A stretch of DNA of 64,000 nt from Podarcis cretensis (taxonomy: Eukaryota), in contig OX638151.1 of NCBI GenBank assembly GCA_951804945.1, positions 92,070,001 through 92,134,000 on the forward strand, given 5' to 3'. This document shows positions 37,367 to 50,710 of the stretch, in pieces. Within the stretch, counting starts at the first letter, position 1; each line of letters opens with the position of its first letter. The translations under genes and the position numbers were made by a program. The notes below the pieces were generated by a model that had not been told where the DNA came from, made no database searches, and saw nothing but the letters and a program-made list of their open reading frames with translations.

Positions 37367-38400
37367 GTAACATTATTTATTAGAAGAGCAATTAGATTCC
37401 AACTGCAGGATGTTGTTATCTTAAATCAATAGACTTTAGGTACATAGTGGACTTGCCAAGACACTACGTCACCAAATATGTGAACACCCCCATCATTGCA
37501 CATAAATTTGCTCTTCCTATCTGTTAAAGAATTAAGGGCATTGTATTTTCGTGAATCAAACCTTCCCCGTGTGCCATCAAGTTCCTTGAAGGAAAGGCAT
37601 GATTAAAAAATGGAAATATTCTTATCCTATTTGGGAATTACAAAATTGTTTTTCCCTGAATAATAAGGCCAGTATCCTACATAATAGTGATTTGTTCATG
37701 CATGCACACAATCAAAGAGGCTAACTGGTGTCAAGACAGCCCAGGGTTTCTCCTGGTGTCTTTGCCAAAAATAGTGGTGGTGGGACAGTGACTGACTGTC
37801 GGTCAGACTTGGCATGAAGCAACTTCCAACTTTCCAATGTAATGCTACTGCATTATAGTTTTCTGACCCGACCTACCTAGGAGCTAGATGCTTACGTTCA
37901 TACCATGTCTATTAATCACTGCCACATAATGTTAACAGTAATTAACCAATGCAGTAGGATATTTAGTAGAAAAAACTTATTAATAATGTGAATGGCTGAC
38001 ATTTTTTAAATGACATAACACATTGTGGCTAAGGATAGGTGAAAGAAAAAATGTGTTATTCCCTCTGTGTTATAAAACCATGTTCAGGAAACTTAATACA
38101 TGGTATTAATACATGGTGATGATGAGACAGTTAACAATTGGTCTGTACTGTAAAGCTGCCTAGTTCACTAACAAGCAGATATGATTTGGACACCTTGATT
38201 GGGAAGCATAAATTTTGCTTAAACTAAGATCATAAATCTGTTGAGAAAGACAAAAAATGTCACAAAAATAGTTAAGGATGCTTTAAGCATGTTCATTCAG
38301 CTATAACAGGGTTTTTTCTGGTTTGACCCAATTCCTTTTAAATGTTGCTAATCTGTCACTCACCCAGTCTTCTCTCCCTCCTCCCCATTTGTCTGCATAG

Positions 38401-38632
38401 TTCCATGACAAGATAGATTCGACCACTGAGAGCCTAGAACGCATTGTTGAACGTTTGAGGCAACCGCCTTCCATCTCAGCTGAGGTTGAGAAGATTAAAG
38501 AACAGATTGGTGAAAATAAGAACGTGTCTGTCGACCTTGAAAAACTTCAGCCAGTCTATGAAACCCTCAAGCAGCGCGGGGAGGAGATGATTGCCCGTTC
38601 AGAAGGCGCTGATAAGGACATATCTGCTAAAG
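38401..38632 (+). CDS. DST: DST exon (FHDKIDST...DISAK), phase 0-1
   Basis: ctgcatag|TTC ... AAAG|gtagac. Confidence 0.93.
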
Positions 38633-38727
38633 GTAGACTTCAGAATTTTACATTTCAAAATAAATGCATGAACAAGTTTCCACAAGCAGAACTTTATATA
38701 CCTGCCCGTGTATATTTTGCTTCCTAG

Positions 38728-38954
38728 TGGTTCAGGATAAGTTGGATCAAATGGTCTTTATGTGGGAAGACATCCATACCCTGGCTGAAGAAAGGGAGGC
38801 CAAATTGCTTGATGCAATGGAATTAGCAGAGAAGTTCTGGTGTGATCACATGGCTCTCATAGCCACTATTAAGGATACGCAGGATTTTATCAGAGAACTA
38901 GAAGGAGCTGGAATTGATCCTTCAGTGGTAAAGCAACAGCAAGAAGCAGCAGAG
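38728..38954 (+). CDS. DST: DST exon (VQDKLDQMV...QQEAAE), phase 1-0
   Basis: ttcctag|TG ... GCAGAG|gtaggt; follows a 95-nt intron. Confidence 0.93.
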
Positions 38955-39454
38955 GTAGGTGAAATGTAACTGTTGGGCTTAGACTACTGTCCTGCTCCCA
39001 TATATTTCTTAGCAATCATGTATAAGCGTGTTAGTGGTTTGGACTATATTGTTATGCTATGTTTAGTGGAAATTCCTTTACAAATCATCATGGCTGGTTC
39101 AGATGTAACAGGAAACCATTGTTTCCAGCTATGTGAATGAGCCACACTGAACCACCTCCTCCCGTCTCCAGTGCAAGGTTCTTCACAGCTCATTCACATT
39201 GTGGGAACTCCTAATTACCCATTATATATGGACAGGACTAGATATAGAGTCCAGCACCATCTGTGTGGATTTATTTTGCTTCTTTAAGAAACATAAATCC
39301 CTGTGTGTAACAAATGCATAACTACAGGTAATCATGGCCTGCATTTTTTTGCCTTCCTGCACTAGTCAGTAATGCCCTTTTTTTCTCTTCAGAGTCTATG
39401 CACTGCTAAAAGAAAAGACTTGCATGGGGGAAAATGCATTTGAAGTAATAATGA

Positions 39455-39630
39455 AGGGTGATGGCTGTGTTCTACCTCCTATGTCAAAGGCAGTTTGCCT
39501 CTGAATATCAGCTCCTGGGTATCACAAGTGCTGTTGTGCACAGGTCCTTGTGGGCATCTGGTTGACCACTGTGAGAACATGATGCTGGACTAGATAAGCC
39601 TTTGGCCTTAACCCAGCAGGACTCACCGTT
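39455..39630 (+). mobile_element. CR1 3' UTR fragment
   Basis: ggcatctggttgaccactgtgagaacatgatgctggactagat, shared with the other CR1 copies. Confidence 0.65.
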
Positions 39631-40714
39631 CTTTCTAATGACTATTGTGTCCTTATAAGCCATTTAATGATGATTCAAGCATTGGGCTGGATTCAGTTAA
39701 CCCAGTTTGCTTATGGAAGCCAGCACAAGAACTTCTACTAGCTCAATAGAGATTCACCCCTCTTCTCCCCCTTCACCGCAAATCTGCTCTGGAGGGTCAG
39801 GGGAACCCCCAGAACAGCATGGAGAGGGAGGAGAAGGGAGATAGTTGCATCTGACAAGCAGAAATGCCTTTGCTGATGGAATATTGGCATAGTGTGATGT
39901 TGAATTCCACCCATTGAGTGGGGAAAAATTCATGCATTAATCACCCTTAAAAGACCATCCGTTCTCACCCAGGTCAATCTCCCTCCCAACTTGGTGTTCA
40001 AATGACTGCACAAGTTTGGTCTTTTGGTTTACGTTTCTAAGAGGCACTCCCCTCCCCAGTATTGCCTGTTGAAGTGAGAGACTTTCCTAAGTCATTTGTG
40101 ATTTGCTGTGGTAGGATGTGTGTGGGATAAAGTGGAAGAGAGGGAATAAAATAATCTCACTGCCATTGGACATGCCTAAAACAGCTCTGGTTTCCAACCT
40201 TTATTCACAAAAGTCATAAACATTCATTACAGGGAAATAATAGCAGCCTGGGACCATGTGATATTGAGACATTGCATTTTTATTTGATAATATTCAGAAG
40301 CAAGACCTACTAATTTGTTTAAAAGGAGGCTAGTATTCACCTTATTTTCTTAGCATTATGGTGTAATTTTCCCACACTGTATGGCTACAATGTTAGCTTA
40401 CTGAATTTGAAAGCTGTTTTTCTAAGCAGGTGAATATGTCAACCCCTGTAATGTTCTGGATACAGAGGAATTGTTAAGCTCCTGCCACAACAACCATCTG
40501 CTCAATGGATGAAGAAAAACCTACTCTTAAACTCCCTCCTTCATGTTGTCATCTTCTTCATAAATCAATATATTTTTAAAATTTAAGGTCAGCATGGCCT
40601 TATGCTATGCTAGTTAAACACTAATGAATAGCAAATAATGTTTGCCACTCTGAATGAATCTTAAATATTAAATTTAATTTATGGAAAGTTTAACATTTTG
40701 TTTCTCTTTTTTAG

Positions 40715-40837
40715 ACCATTAAAGAAGAGATAGATGGGTTACAAGAAGACTTAGATGTAGTGGTAAGCCTTGGCTCTGAACTGATAGCAGCATGTGGAGA
40801 ACCTGACAAACCATTAGTCAACAAGAGCATAGATGAG
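40715..40837 (+). CDS. DST: DST exon ([10 protein letters not shown]...NKSIDE), phase 0-0
   Basis: tttttag|ACC ... GATGAG|gtatga. Confidence 0.92.
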
Positions 40838-41340
40838 GTATGAGTCATGTAATTGTTTGGCATTTTATGCCCATATGAAATGGATAGAAAGGTGTTTTAT
40901 TTTTTAAACTGATGTATGGTGCCTAATTTAAATACTTGGCAAACAAACAGGGTTCTTTGGGGAGTCAAAAGTAAAATTCACCACACTGGCTTTTGGTTTG
41001 ATTTTGAAACCTTCAAGGCACTTTGCAGAACTGAAATAAACCTATGAAGCTCATAGTTTAACTTGCACTGATAAGTGGAACCATCCACATATTTAACTAT
41101 GGTATGGTAATAAGCCACAAAAAAACTTGGGTGGATGGAATCCTGGTGCTTGATAGAGACATATCCACCTAGATTTAGTGATGTTCCTTGCTCTTATTAT
41201 AATATTAGGGAAGCTCTTGCATAATTTTTATATTGCAGATAGAGAAACCTTAATCTAATGTCAATCCTAAATTTTAATATATAGATTATAGACATTGCCT
41301 TCCAGTTTTTTATTCAACTGAATCTCCATTTAAAATGCAG

Positions 41341-41442
41341 CTAAATTCTGCTTGGGATGCTTTAAACAAAGCATGGAAAGAACGTGTTGACAAGCTTGAG
41401 GAAGCAATGCAAGCGGCTGTTCAGTATCAAGATGGATTGCAG
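41341..41442 (+). CDS. DST: DST exon ([10 protein letters not shown]...YQDGLQ), phase 0-0
   Basis: aatgcag|CTA ... TTGCAG|gtaagg. Confidence 0.92.
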
Positions 41443-42202
41443 GTAAGGTTATTTTAATCTTTAAAATTTACAAGCATTATCTAATATTATTTTTTTCTTT
41501 TTTAATAGTAACATTTTTAATCAGCCAGAGACCCCTGATTTGATTCTGAATTGTTGGTTCAGAACAATTGAAAATGTTGGTTTTCATTTAACCTATAAAG
41601 CACTTAACAGTTGTATACTATTATGACCTCATCTTCATCCTCCTGCAAGTTCTTTGATCGTCAACTTTTGAATTTGCTTGGGAATAGCACCCCAAATTTT
41701 TCTATTACTATACCAAGTTTGTATGATGAGGAATTCTCAGGCAAAATGCAAGCCTATATTATTCTTTCTGGCAGCACAAGACAACCTGGTTGTTTGGGCT
41801 GGCTTTTGGTGGAATTGGGTATTTTAATTTGATGTTAGTGGATATTCTGTTGGTTTTACTGATCCTGATTTTATAATAGTGTTGCATTCCCCTAAAACGG
41901 AGGTTGGGGGAACCTGTTGTCCTCCAGATGTTGTTGAACTTCAGTTCTCATCAGTGCCAGCCCACACAGCCAACAATTAAGGATTATGAGAACTGTAGTC
42001 CCAGTAACACCTGGAGGGCCCCAGGTTCTCCATCTCTGCCCTAAAACACAGGGTGGGGCAGCTAAATTTCTAAATGAACAATAAATAAATATGTATATTA
42101 GAGCATGAACCATCCAAAGTTAAATGCATGTTATGGGTCATGCAATGTGCTACATTGGAGATGTGTGATTGGATCTCCTAGCATATTATTATTCTCCTAA
42201 AA

Positions 42203-42207
<5 letters not shown>

Positions 42208-42272
<65 letters not shown>
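42208..42272. repeat. Compound (TG)n(AG)n microsatellite
   Basis: Direct reading. Confidence 0.95.
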
Positions 42273-42274
<2 letters not shown>

Positions 42275-43433
42275 CACAGCACAGGGGGCATTTTAAAAAT
42301 TAACCCCCCTCCCCTTTTTTCTTTCCACCCTGAGCTGCTGTAGAAGGAAAATCATATGGGCATGATACTGACCTATGCATAGATATTTTTCCTTGTGACT
42401 AGTTCAGATGTAGAGACAAATCTTGGTTTGCTGTTACGTGTACCAGGGCAATCATCAAACTCACATGTTTTCCCCTCTTCCATTTCCCTCCCCTTTATGC
42501 ACTGGAGGAGCAAATGTAAAGCTTTAGTTGTGGTTTGTAACAAACGGGTTAGCGCAAATTATCAAATACTGGTTTGGATGCCTCACGTTCTCAGATTTTG
42601 ATGGAACAGGAAACCATGGTTTGTTACAAACCGGTAATGAAAGTTTCACATTTCTACCACTTCATGTTTGAAGTGGGGGAAAGGAGATGAGGAGCACATG
42701 ATCCTGAGACTTGCTGCTGGTCATTCACATAATGAAAAACCATGACTTTTTGTTGTATCTGTTCAAGACCTATATGCCAGTAAAATGAGGATGCATCAGT
42801 AGATCAAGAGAACCTCCGCTGAAAGAGTTTGGTTGCTATGATACATTTAGCTCAGACAAAATGTGAGATGGTGACATTCAAACCAAAAGGGGGGGGGGGA
42901 GCTTTTTTTGGCAAGGTCCTTTGTAGTTTGGACAAAAGATTCACTTGGTAGATTCTATACATTTTAATTTGCTGGTGTGTCATGGTAGTTGACATGAAAT
43001 TTGTCTCCAATAGAAGCATGTCTATAAATGAATATCTTCACATTTTATGGCTGCTAGCTTCCTAACCATCTATTGATAAGGTTCAGGTTATAGTTCAGGT
43101 ACACTGGGTGTGTAACAGGAGTGCTAAAATTAGCTGATGATTTTTCAAGCGTGTTTTTTAAAAGAAAAGTGGTTAAACAGTGCTAGGAATAGAAATGTTA
43201 AAAGTAGTTTATCTAAATTTTTAACATATCTTTTTTCCTCACCACTGTACAATATAAGCATTACATGTCGGTTTTTGACCAACAGATCAATTGTAGAAAA
43301 ATTACTAATTGCTTATTTCAATAAAGATAGCTTTTCCATATCACAAGGTTTGAAGGTCAATTTTATAGCATTTACCTATGTGATTGTAACTGATCCTATA
43401 ACCAGGTTTTAATCTGAACATATTCCTGTTGAT

Positions 43434-43468
<35 letters not shown>
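43434..43468. repeat. (TTG)n microsatellite
   Basis: Direct reading. Confidence 0.95.
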
Positions 43469-43770
43469 AGAATTTATGTACCGCCCCATACCTCTGGATC
43501 TCAGGGCAGTTCACAGAACAAAATCAAAATATAAAACCACAAAAGATATAATCAAAATAAAAACAACAACCCAATAACCCCCTCCCCAAAGAACCACATT
43601 TTAAAAGGGCTTGGATGTTAATTAAATCAAACAAAGGCCTGGTTAAAAAGGAACGTTTTTGCCTGGCACCTAAAATGTGTATAATGAAGGCGCCAGGCGA
43701 ACCTCCCTGGGGAGAGCATTCCACAGATGAGGTGCCACTGCAGAGAAGGCCTGTTCTCATGTTGCCATCC
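43468..43770 (-). mobile_element. L2-like LINE 3' end
   Basis: ctccctggggagagcattccacag..gtgccactgcagagaaggcc; left part is the reverse complement of about 11510-11620; abuts (TTG)n tail. Confidence 0.65.
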
Positions 43771-45049
43771 ATAACTTATCTGATGGTGATTTGATTGTAT
43801 TCAGTGAGCAATATCCCACATATTCCAAAATTATCATATTTCATCACTGGCCTTGCTAAATTTTATCTGCTCAGCAGATCTTTGGATCATTTGTAAATTG
43901 TAAATGAGGTTCCCGTTTCACTGCTTTGGATCACATACATTGTTTTAAAGACAGAATAACTAACTACCTGTTGGAACAAGGATGAAGACCCTCATGCCTG
44001 GGCAGGGGAGACCAAATAAGCCCTCTAGCCCTCTCTGCCTGGCCCTTTGCACTCACCCCAGGCCACCTACCTTCAACTGTACCCACTTCCCCCAGGTCAC
44101 AGTCAACCTTACTTTATACCCACTTTGAGTGTTTTTGCCTGGCTGGATTATGTTCTTGAACTCTGATAGTGCCTCTTAGTAACCTGGATGAGAGTATGGA
44201 GTGGAGTGTGTAAGTGTGTGTAGAATCAAGCCTGCTATATGAAGGTAAACTGTACATTAGTTGCTTTACCCACTTTGCCTCTGGGCTTGCTCACTATTGT
44301 GGACTATAGTCTGGAAAAAGGGTTCCCCATCTCTGCATTAGAAACTGCATTGCATGCTGGACCGTGGTAAAATGTTAAGAGGCAGGACAACATCGTAACA
44401 TCATGCCCAATTACTTTTTAGACTCTTTTTTATTATTTAAAATGACTTTATTTGACCAGAGGGTCCCAGCAACGTGCTTATTTCTATATTTCAGCTTTCA
44501 TTGCTTGGCTTTAATTCCTAACCTAAAAGCCATCAGTTTCTTAGTCCTTATCCTGCATTGTCTCCAGTATGACATTATGCCAGAAGACACTTGCAGAAGC
44601 AGTGTGCATTCCAAAAAGATGTGGATATTTCCCACCAAATGGAACTAAGCAGGCTAGTTCCTAGATTTTTTGGGGGTAGGAGAGGTGCTCTTTGATATAT
44701 TGACATGCACATGTATGCATGCTCTTAATGGAATACCTGCTGCCAAATTGGAGGTGAAGTGTGAACACAACTGCTCAGGCATAGCTGATGCATGATCCCC
44801 GGTAGTAGTTCACACCTCATTAATGGGGAGTGAAGTGGCCTTTGCTATCCAATGTTATGAAATGTCCTTGAATGTTATGAAAATCTAGCTCCCTCTGCTG
44901 CATTTTTACCCATCTTGAGTCATAGATATGGCACCGGAAGAGTGTTTGAATATCGCCCTCTGAGCTTCCTCTAAAGACCTTCAGATATCTTGAGAATTTT
45001 AATAAATGATTTGACTCATACATTCCAGAAGTATAGCCAGATCACACTA

Positions 45050-45225
45050 TCTGTTACCTCAAAAACAACAAAGAGATTTGTGGCACTTTAAAGACTAACA
45101 GTTCAATTCTAGGCATGACCCAATGAAACTTATTCGCAGGTAGGTATTAGAGGATTGCAACAAATACGTGACAATAATTTGGTTAGTTCTTAAGATGCCA
45201 CAAGATTCTCCGTTGATGCCCCAAT
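45050..45225. mobile_element. Older Penelope-like inverted-terminus remnant
   Basis: gagatttgtggcactttaaagactaac faces its degenerate reverse complement gttagttcttaagatgccacaagattctc. Confidence 0.55.
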
Positions 45226-45666
45226 TGTAGGTTTTCTGGGGATAAAAATATTTGACAACTCTTATATTCAGAAATGGAGAAGTGTACAAAAAGTTATCAC
45301 AGTGGAAAAACCCAGCAGAAATTCTTTGAACAGGCAACAACTGTTTTGTGTGGGGGTTATGTTCCTGACCCCCGTGCACATCAGTGGAGTGTGCATAAGC
45401 CCACTCTGCCCCATTATGCCTCTGCCCCCCCCTTTCAGGTCATGTCCAGGTTGTGGTGATGCGCATGTTCACAGTTATGCACATATTAGACAAGCATGAA
45501 ACAGTTGTTGTCTGTAATACAGTTTTATTCAGTAGCAAATATACAGTACTTAGTAGCATTCACAGATCAATTATTATTAGGTTGCACCTACTATGAGGCT
45601 ATACTATAGCATTACTTGGACTACTATTTTACCTGATTTTCTTATTCTTATTCAATATGTTTACAG

Positions 45667-45768
45667 GCCATATTTGACTGGGTGGATATCGCTGGCAGTA
45701 AATTAGCTGCGATGTCACCAGTTGGAACAGACCTAGAAACAGTAAAACAACAGACAGAAGAAATGAAG
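45667..45768 (+). CDS. DST: DST exon ([10 protein letters not shown]...QTEEMK), phase 0-0
   Basis: tttacag|GCC ... ATGAAG|gtatga. Confidence 0.92.
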
Positions 45769-47366
45769 GTATGAAACAGTAACTTTTTATGAATGTACAT
45801 CTTTCTGTTAGTGTTAGTGTTCCAAATCGCTTTGCATTCAGTCTGTAACAATAAGTAAATTGTTTTGGTATGGGCATGTTGTTTAAAAATCTACAGCCTT
45901 TCTGAGTCTGAAAGTAATATGACATCAGTTTCCTCTCCGAGTTAATTCTGGATTTTTTTCAAGAGTTATTTTTTCATCACTGCATCAATTACTTTTATGA
46001 CACCCAGCTTCCCTTTTAGAATGTGCACAAGTTCCTGCAAAGCCTGTCATTCTTCATACCATGGATTAGTCCTAAACATTCATAGATCTCTTCATTTCCA
46101 CCGCAGCCCACTGGACTATAAAGCAAAATCCCTAGCCAACTCTAAAAGCAATATTTGGAATGGAAATATGACTCATTCTTTTCATAATACCTGGATGCTG
46201 CTGTGTGCTTTGCACAGGAAGCAGAGATGGTATAGGATATCCTGTTTTAGGGCACAGGATTAGACTGGATGAATCCACTCCAGCCCTGTTATTGTATGTG
46301 CAAAGCAGGGCTTGAATATGTTGGGAAATTAAACAGGAAATTTAACAGCCAATATTTAAGCCCTGTCTCTCAGCAGGGGTTGAAGATGGAAAATTAGGGT
46401 TAAGAAATTACTTCTAAAAATGAAAGCGGGGATTAAGAGATCATCAAAACAGGGCAGAGTGGTGATGGTGATGCATCATCTTGACCCAGGGGTATACAGT
46501 AACAGGGGCGAGGGGGAAGCCCTTCTACATTTCTCACTTCTCTCTTATTGAATCAGTGTGTATCTTTGGTAAAAGATGTTAGGCTAGGTAGGGAATAGGA
46601 TTTTGTGAATGGATCACAGCAGGGAGGCTTCAAGGAGTGTTGGCTGGCCGCCCAATGACTTACAGAGTGTGCTGAGGGCAGAAAGAAGTTATTGATGAAT
46701 CCTTCTTCCTTGGATCTTCAACAAGCTTCGGGTGTGCAAAGGATTCCCTTCCTCTTCTGTGCTTAGCTCATCTGGTTTTGCATAGCTGCTCTTGGTCTGT
46801 GGGTCCCTGTACTTAACAGGTTTAACAGCCTTCTCAATAAGCATGTTTTTAAAGCTCTGAAGAAATGCCTTTTGACAAAAGAGAAAGCATTTGTTAACAT
46901 CAACCACTGACATTCAAAACTCATGATATAGAGTTTGTCTTTTCCACAACCAAAATTAATATCTGATAAAAAAAATTCTCCGTTGGGTTGTTTTTCTTCC
47001 TCCATGCCTTTTGAAAACACTGTAGGGATATTTTGAATAAGGATGCATGGCCATCTGCCTTGAGCTCTATGCTGCTGTGTGCATTTGGAAACCGGGATAT
47101 GACCCCTGGAACGGCTGTTGCCATTTCCTCTAAGGCTAGCAACGTTCCTCTAGCAACAGAAATTCTGTGTATCCCATAAGTCATGCAGTTGGTGGGGAAA
47201 CTAATGTCGCTAAAGCCTCGAGCACATTCTCACATTGGCGATTGGTTGCTGAAGTGTCATTCTTCCACATCTCTGCATTTATTTATAATTACATCTAATT
47301 CAGAAATGTGAAGATGTTAACAAAAGGCATGCCCAGAACTGTGACATGTAAAAATACAAGGGATAG

Positions 47367-47822
47367 TGTCAGGGAACTGCCATCGGTTCAGGAGGGAGAG
47401 AGGAAAAGCCGAATGGATTACAGAGAGCCTCCAAGGATCGTGGGAAGCAGCTCCTCCTCAGCAGAGGAGAATAACCGCGCCTCCAGTGGAGAGGAGCTGC
47501 AGGGCTCAGAGGAGGCGAGGCGGTACCAGGACACCTTGCCTGGGCAAAGCGGGGAGGAGAGGGGTCCTCCGTTACCCACACCCTCCTTGCGCAGTAAGCT
47601 TCCGCGCAGAGAGGGGAGGCGCAGACTGGGCATCAAGAAATTGCTTTGCTCGGGAAAGTTTAAGGACCGCCCACTCACGGATTCTGCCAGTGAATGAGCC
47701 AGCCACGGGAGAGTGGCGCTCTGGACAGATAAAGTTTATTTCTGAAGCTAAAGCAAGGCTTTACAGCCAAGCAGGCAGGTATTTGCCTGCTTGCTCTCGA
47801 GCAACCACTTGGAACCTTTACA
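47367..47822. mobile_element. Solo LTR, 456 bp
   Basis: Starts TGTCAGGG, ends CCTTTACA; perfect 5-bp TSD GATAG (47362-47366, 47823-47827); GC/CpG-rich relative to flanks. Confidence 0.8.
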
Positions 47823-48639
47823 GATAGACTCTTCTGGATTCAGCTAATTTATTTATTACATTGATTAGTTACTCCATAACCACATGAGTGTCAAACAATT
47901 AAGAGAAGTTAAAGTATAAATCTAATAAAACATGAAATAACACTGCCAAAAATTGTAGAAAACAACAGCCATGCCAGAGCAGACTGGGTCAACAGTCAGG
48001 TTAATATAACAACAAACAAGAGAGAGCCACAAAATATTGTTGTACAGGTAAAACTATATCCTAACCCTCAATGAATGCAGACAGTAATATCTCTCTCTAT
48101 GTGTGTGTGCATTGTCGCAGCCAACAAGCTGTGTTTCTCACCTCTCTTTCCAATGCCATGCTGCTTACCAAGAGGGGTAGGGTGAACGCAACAAGAGCTC
48201 AACATGGCACAGGAGCAGTGGTGGACCCAGTCTGATACTCCCACTGCTATACCCACACCTGTTGCCTTGGCTCTGCTACTATCCCTCTTGGTAACCAGCA
48301 GCGATGGATGGCATTGGGAAGACAGGAAACAAACACTCAGGTGCAACAGCTGCTACTGCATGCACGTGCGCACACGCACACACACAAACTGATTTTTAAA
48401 TTTGTTTTAAAAGTTCCTGCTTTTGCATGCTGGATGCGTTTTCTTTTCTGGTGCAAGAGTGAAGCGTGCCTTCTGTGTTAATTTGGAGAAAACACATGCC
48501 TTGGTTATTGGAAATCCAGAGGCAGAAATATCCGGTGTGACCTATTTCGCAATTTTGAAATAAGGGCAGAGCATCCTACTAAGCACTCTTCTCTGGGTGA
48601 TATTCATTGTTGACTTATTGTCTTCCTTGGTTTCCACAG

Positions 48640-48813
48640 CAATTTAAGAAAGAAGCCTATCAGCAGCAGATTGAAATGGAACGGCTGAACCACCAAGCAG
48701 AGCTGTTGTTGAAGAAGGTGACAGAGGAGAGTGATAAGCACACCGTACAAGACCCCCTGTCTGAACTTAAGCTGTTGTGGGAAAGTCTGGAGGATAAAAT
48801 TGTTAGCCGCCAG
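48640..48813 (+). CDS. DST: DST exon ([10 protein letters not shown]...KIVSRQ), phase 0-0
   Basis: ttccacag|CAA ... CGCCAG|gtaaat. Confidence 0.93.
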
Positions 48814-49162
48814 GTAAATGGAAACTAAAAGGGTAATATTCTGCCTTATGTTGCCATGAAATGCATGTTCTCTGACACTCATGCTCTGAAATTTCAATAG
48901 CAACAGTTTCTACATGGAAACTCACTTGTGTATCAAAGTTTATTACGTGAGCTAGGGAAGGAGTTCTCAAAACTGTGGCTTTTCATTCAGGTAATCCATA
49001 GCAGGTTGGCATCTAATACTCATAATACTTTTTAACAGTTTTTTTATTTATTATTTTCAGTTAACATATTGCATCGTATTTTTAGTGTAGAACAATTTGA
49101 ATTGATTGAAATGCAAATTGTAATACAGCAAAATACAATACATTGGAAATAACTTTCTGACA

Positions 49163-49333
49163 GTAAGAGCTCTTCGACAATGAAACGGACTCCCTCAGAA
49201 GGTGGTGGACTCTCCTTCCTTGGAGGTTTTTAAGCAGAGGTTGGATGGCCCTCTGTCATGGATGCTTTAGCTGAGATTCCTGATTTGCACAAGGTTGGAC
49301 TAGATGACCCTTAGGGTCCCTTCCACCTCTACA
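49163..49333 (+). mobile_element. CR1 3' end, second subfamily
   Basis: gtggtggactctccttccttggaggtttttaagcagaggttggatggcc...ggttggactagatgaccct..ggtcccttcc. Confidence 0.75.
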
Positions 49334-50554
49334 GCAATAAAAAGGCAATAAAAATGTCACTTAGAATCATACAGCATCTAGCGCGTTACATTACAGTTGC
49401 TATAACAGACAGAAAAATCATGGAATGGCCCACCAAGGCCATCAACATTTTTTAGTGGTCATGTGGGGAAGAGGGGTTGGAAACCCTGAGCTTAGGGGAT
49501 TTTCTGCACTGCTATGGAAATGCAATGCAAACTTTAAATTGGGCTATATTTTAGGCTAGCATGGTCAAAATCTTCCGATCCGCAAATTGAACCACTACAG
49601 AAGACCAATTTGACCCAAGGAGACAGCTGCCACATGGAGCAGTTTCCAATAAGCTTCCGGGCAGCAGATGTTTCCTGCAAATCAGGCTGTTGTTGTTGTA
49701 GCTATGAAGCTAGAAGCTGTACACCATAGTTATTTTTATTTATTTCTATGGGTTCACCAAAGTGCATTAGCAAAAAATATGCTAGTCCCTGCCCCAAGCA
49801 GATGGCAGGAGAACATATTCCAGTGTGTTTAGGGTCAGTGGTTTATTGTAAGTTGCTACACCACAATATTACATCAGACATATGAGGTACATGGGGAGAG
49901 ATTGTTGGGTTTTAATGGTGGAGCTCCATCTTCAAATTCTGACCCAAACACGAAGCTCAGTAGTTGGTGTTGAGCAACTCTGTCTCTTTGACTAACTATC
50001 CAAGTTCCTTGGATGATAAAATGATGCCTTTTATATCACAGCTCATCCTGGGATGGATTTCTAAAAATAAATAATTGCAAAAGAACTTTAGCTTTGTGTC
50101 ATCTGCCTAGAATTGTTTTCAGATAATGTTGCTGCATTCAAGCGCATTACATAAAATTTAGATGGCATCTCTTATTCCAGGAGCAGCTGGTGACAAGGGG
50201 GAGGGGGCGGCGCTTTGCCTTTGGCATCCTGGGAGTGGGGTCGCTCCTGCTCACCAAGAGGGTGCAGGACAAGGTGGTGGGGAGGTTGAGTGTTGGGTGG
50301 ACATGTTGGTGGGAGTGCTAGATAGGCTCTGCTGTTCAACCTGCACAGTGTCAAACTGCTGGCTGCCTCACCTCTCAATAGTTGGCAGTGACTCCACTAC
50401 CAGGAGGCCAGGTGCATGGTGACGCACCTCCTTGCTGACCACTCTTGCCTTATTGCAACCATTCATTTGAGGTTTGATGCAACTAAGGACATTTTAAGTC
50501 GCTTGCGGCCTTAACATAAAGTAATAATTCCATCCATTCCCCCTTTTTTTACAG

Positions 50555-50710
50555 CATAAGCTGGAAGGCGCTTTGTTGGCTTTGGGGCAGTTCCAACATG
50601 CCCTGGATGAGTTGCTCGCATGGCTCACCCATACAGAGGACCTGCTGAATGAACAGAAACCTGTGGGTGGTGACCCCAAGGCTATTGAAATTGAGCTGGC
50701 CAAACATCAT
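50555..50710 (+). CDS. DST: DST exon ([10 protein letters not shown]...ELAKHH), phase 0-0
   Basis: ttttacag|CAT ... CATCAT|gtacgt. Confidence 0.93.

Noticed and set aside
47308-47827. Cluster of 70-153 aa overlapping ORFs
   Set aside because: Stop-poor GC-rich solo LTR; no recognisable protein motif.
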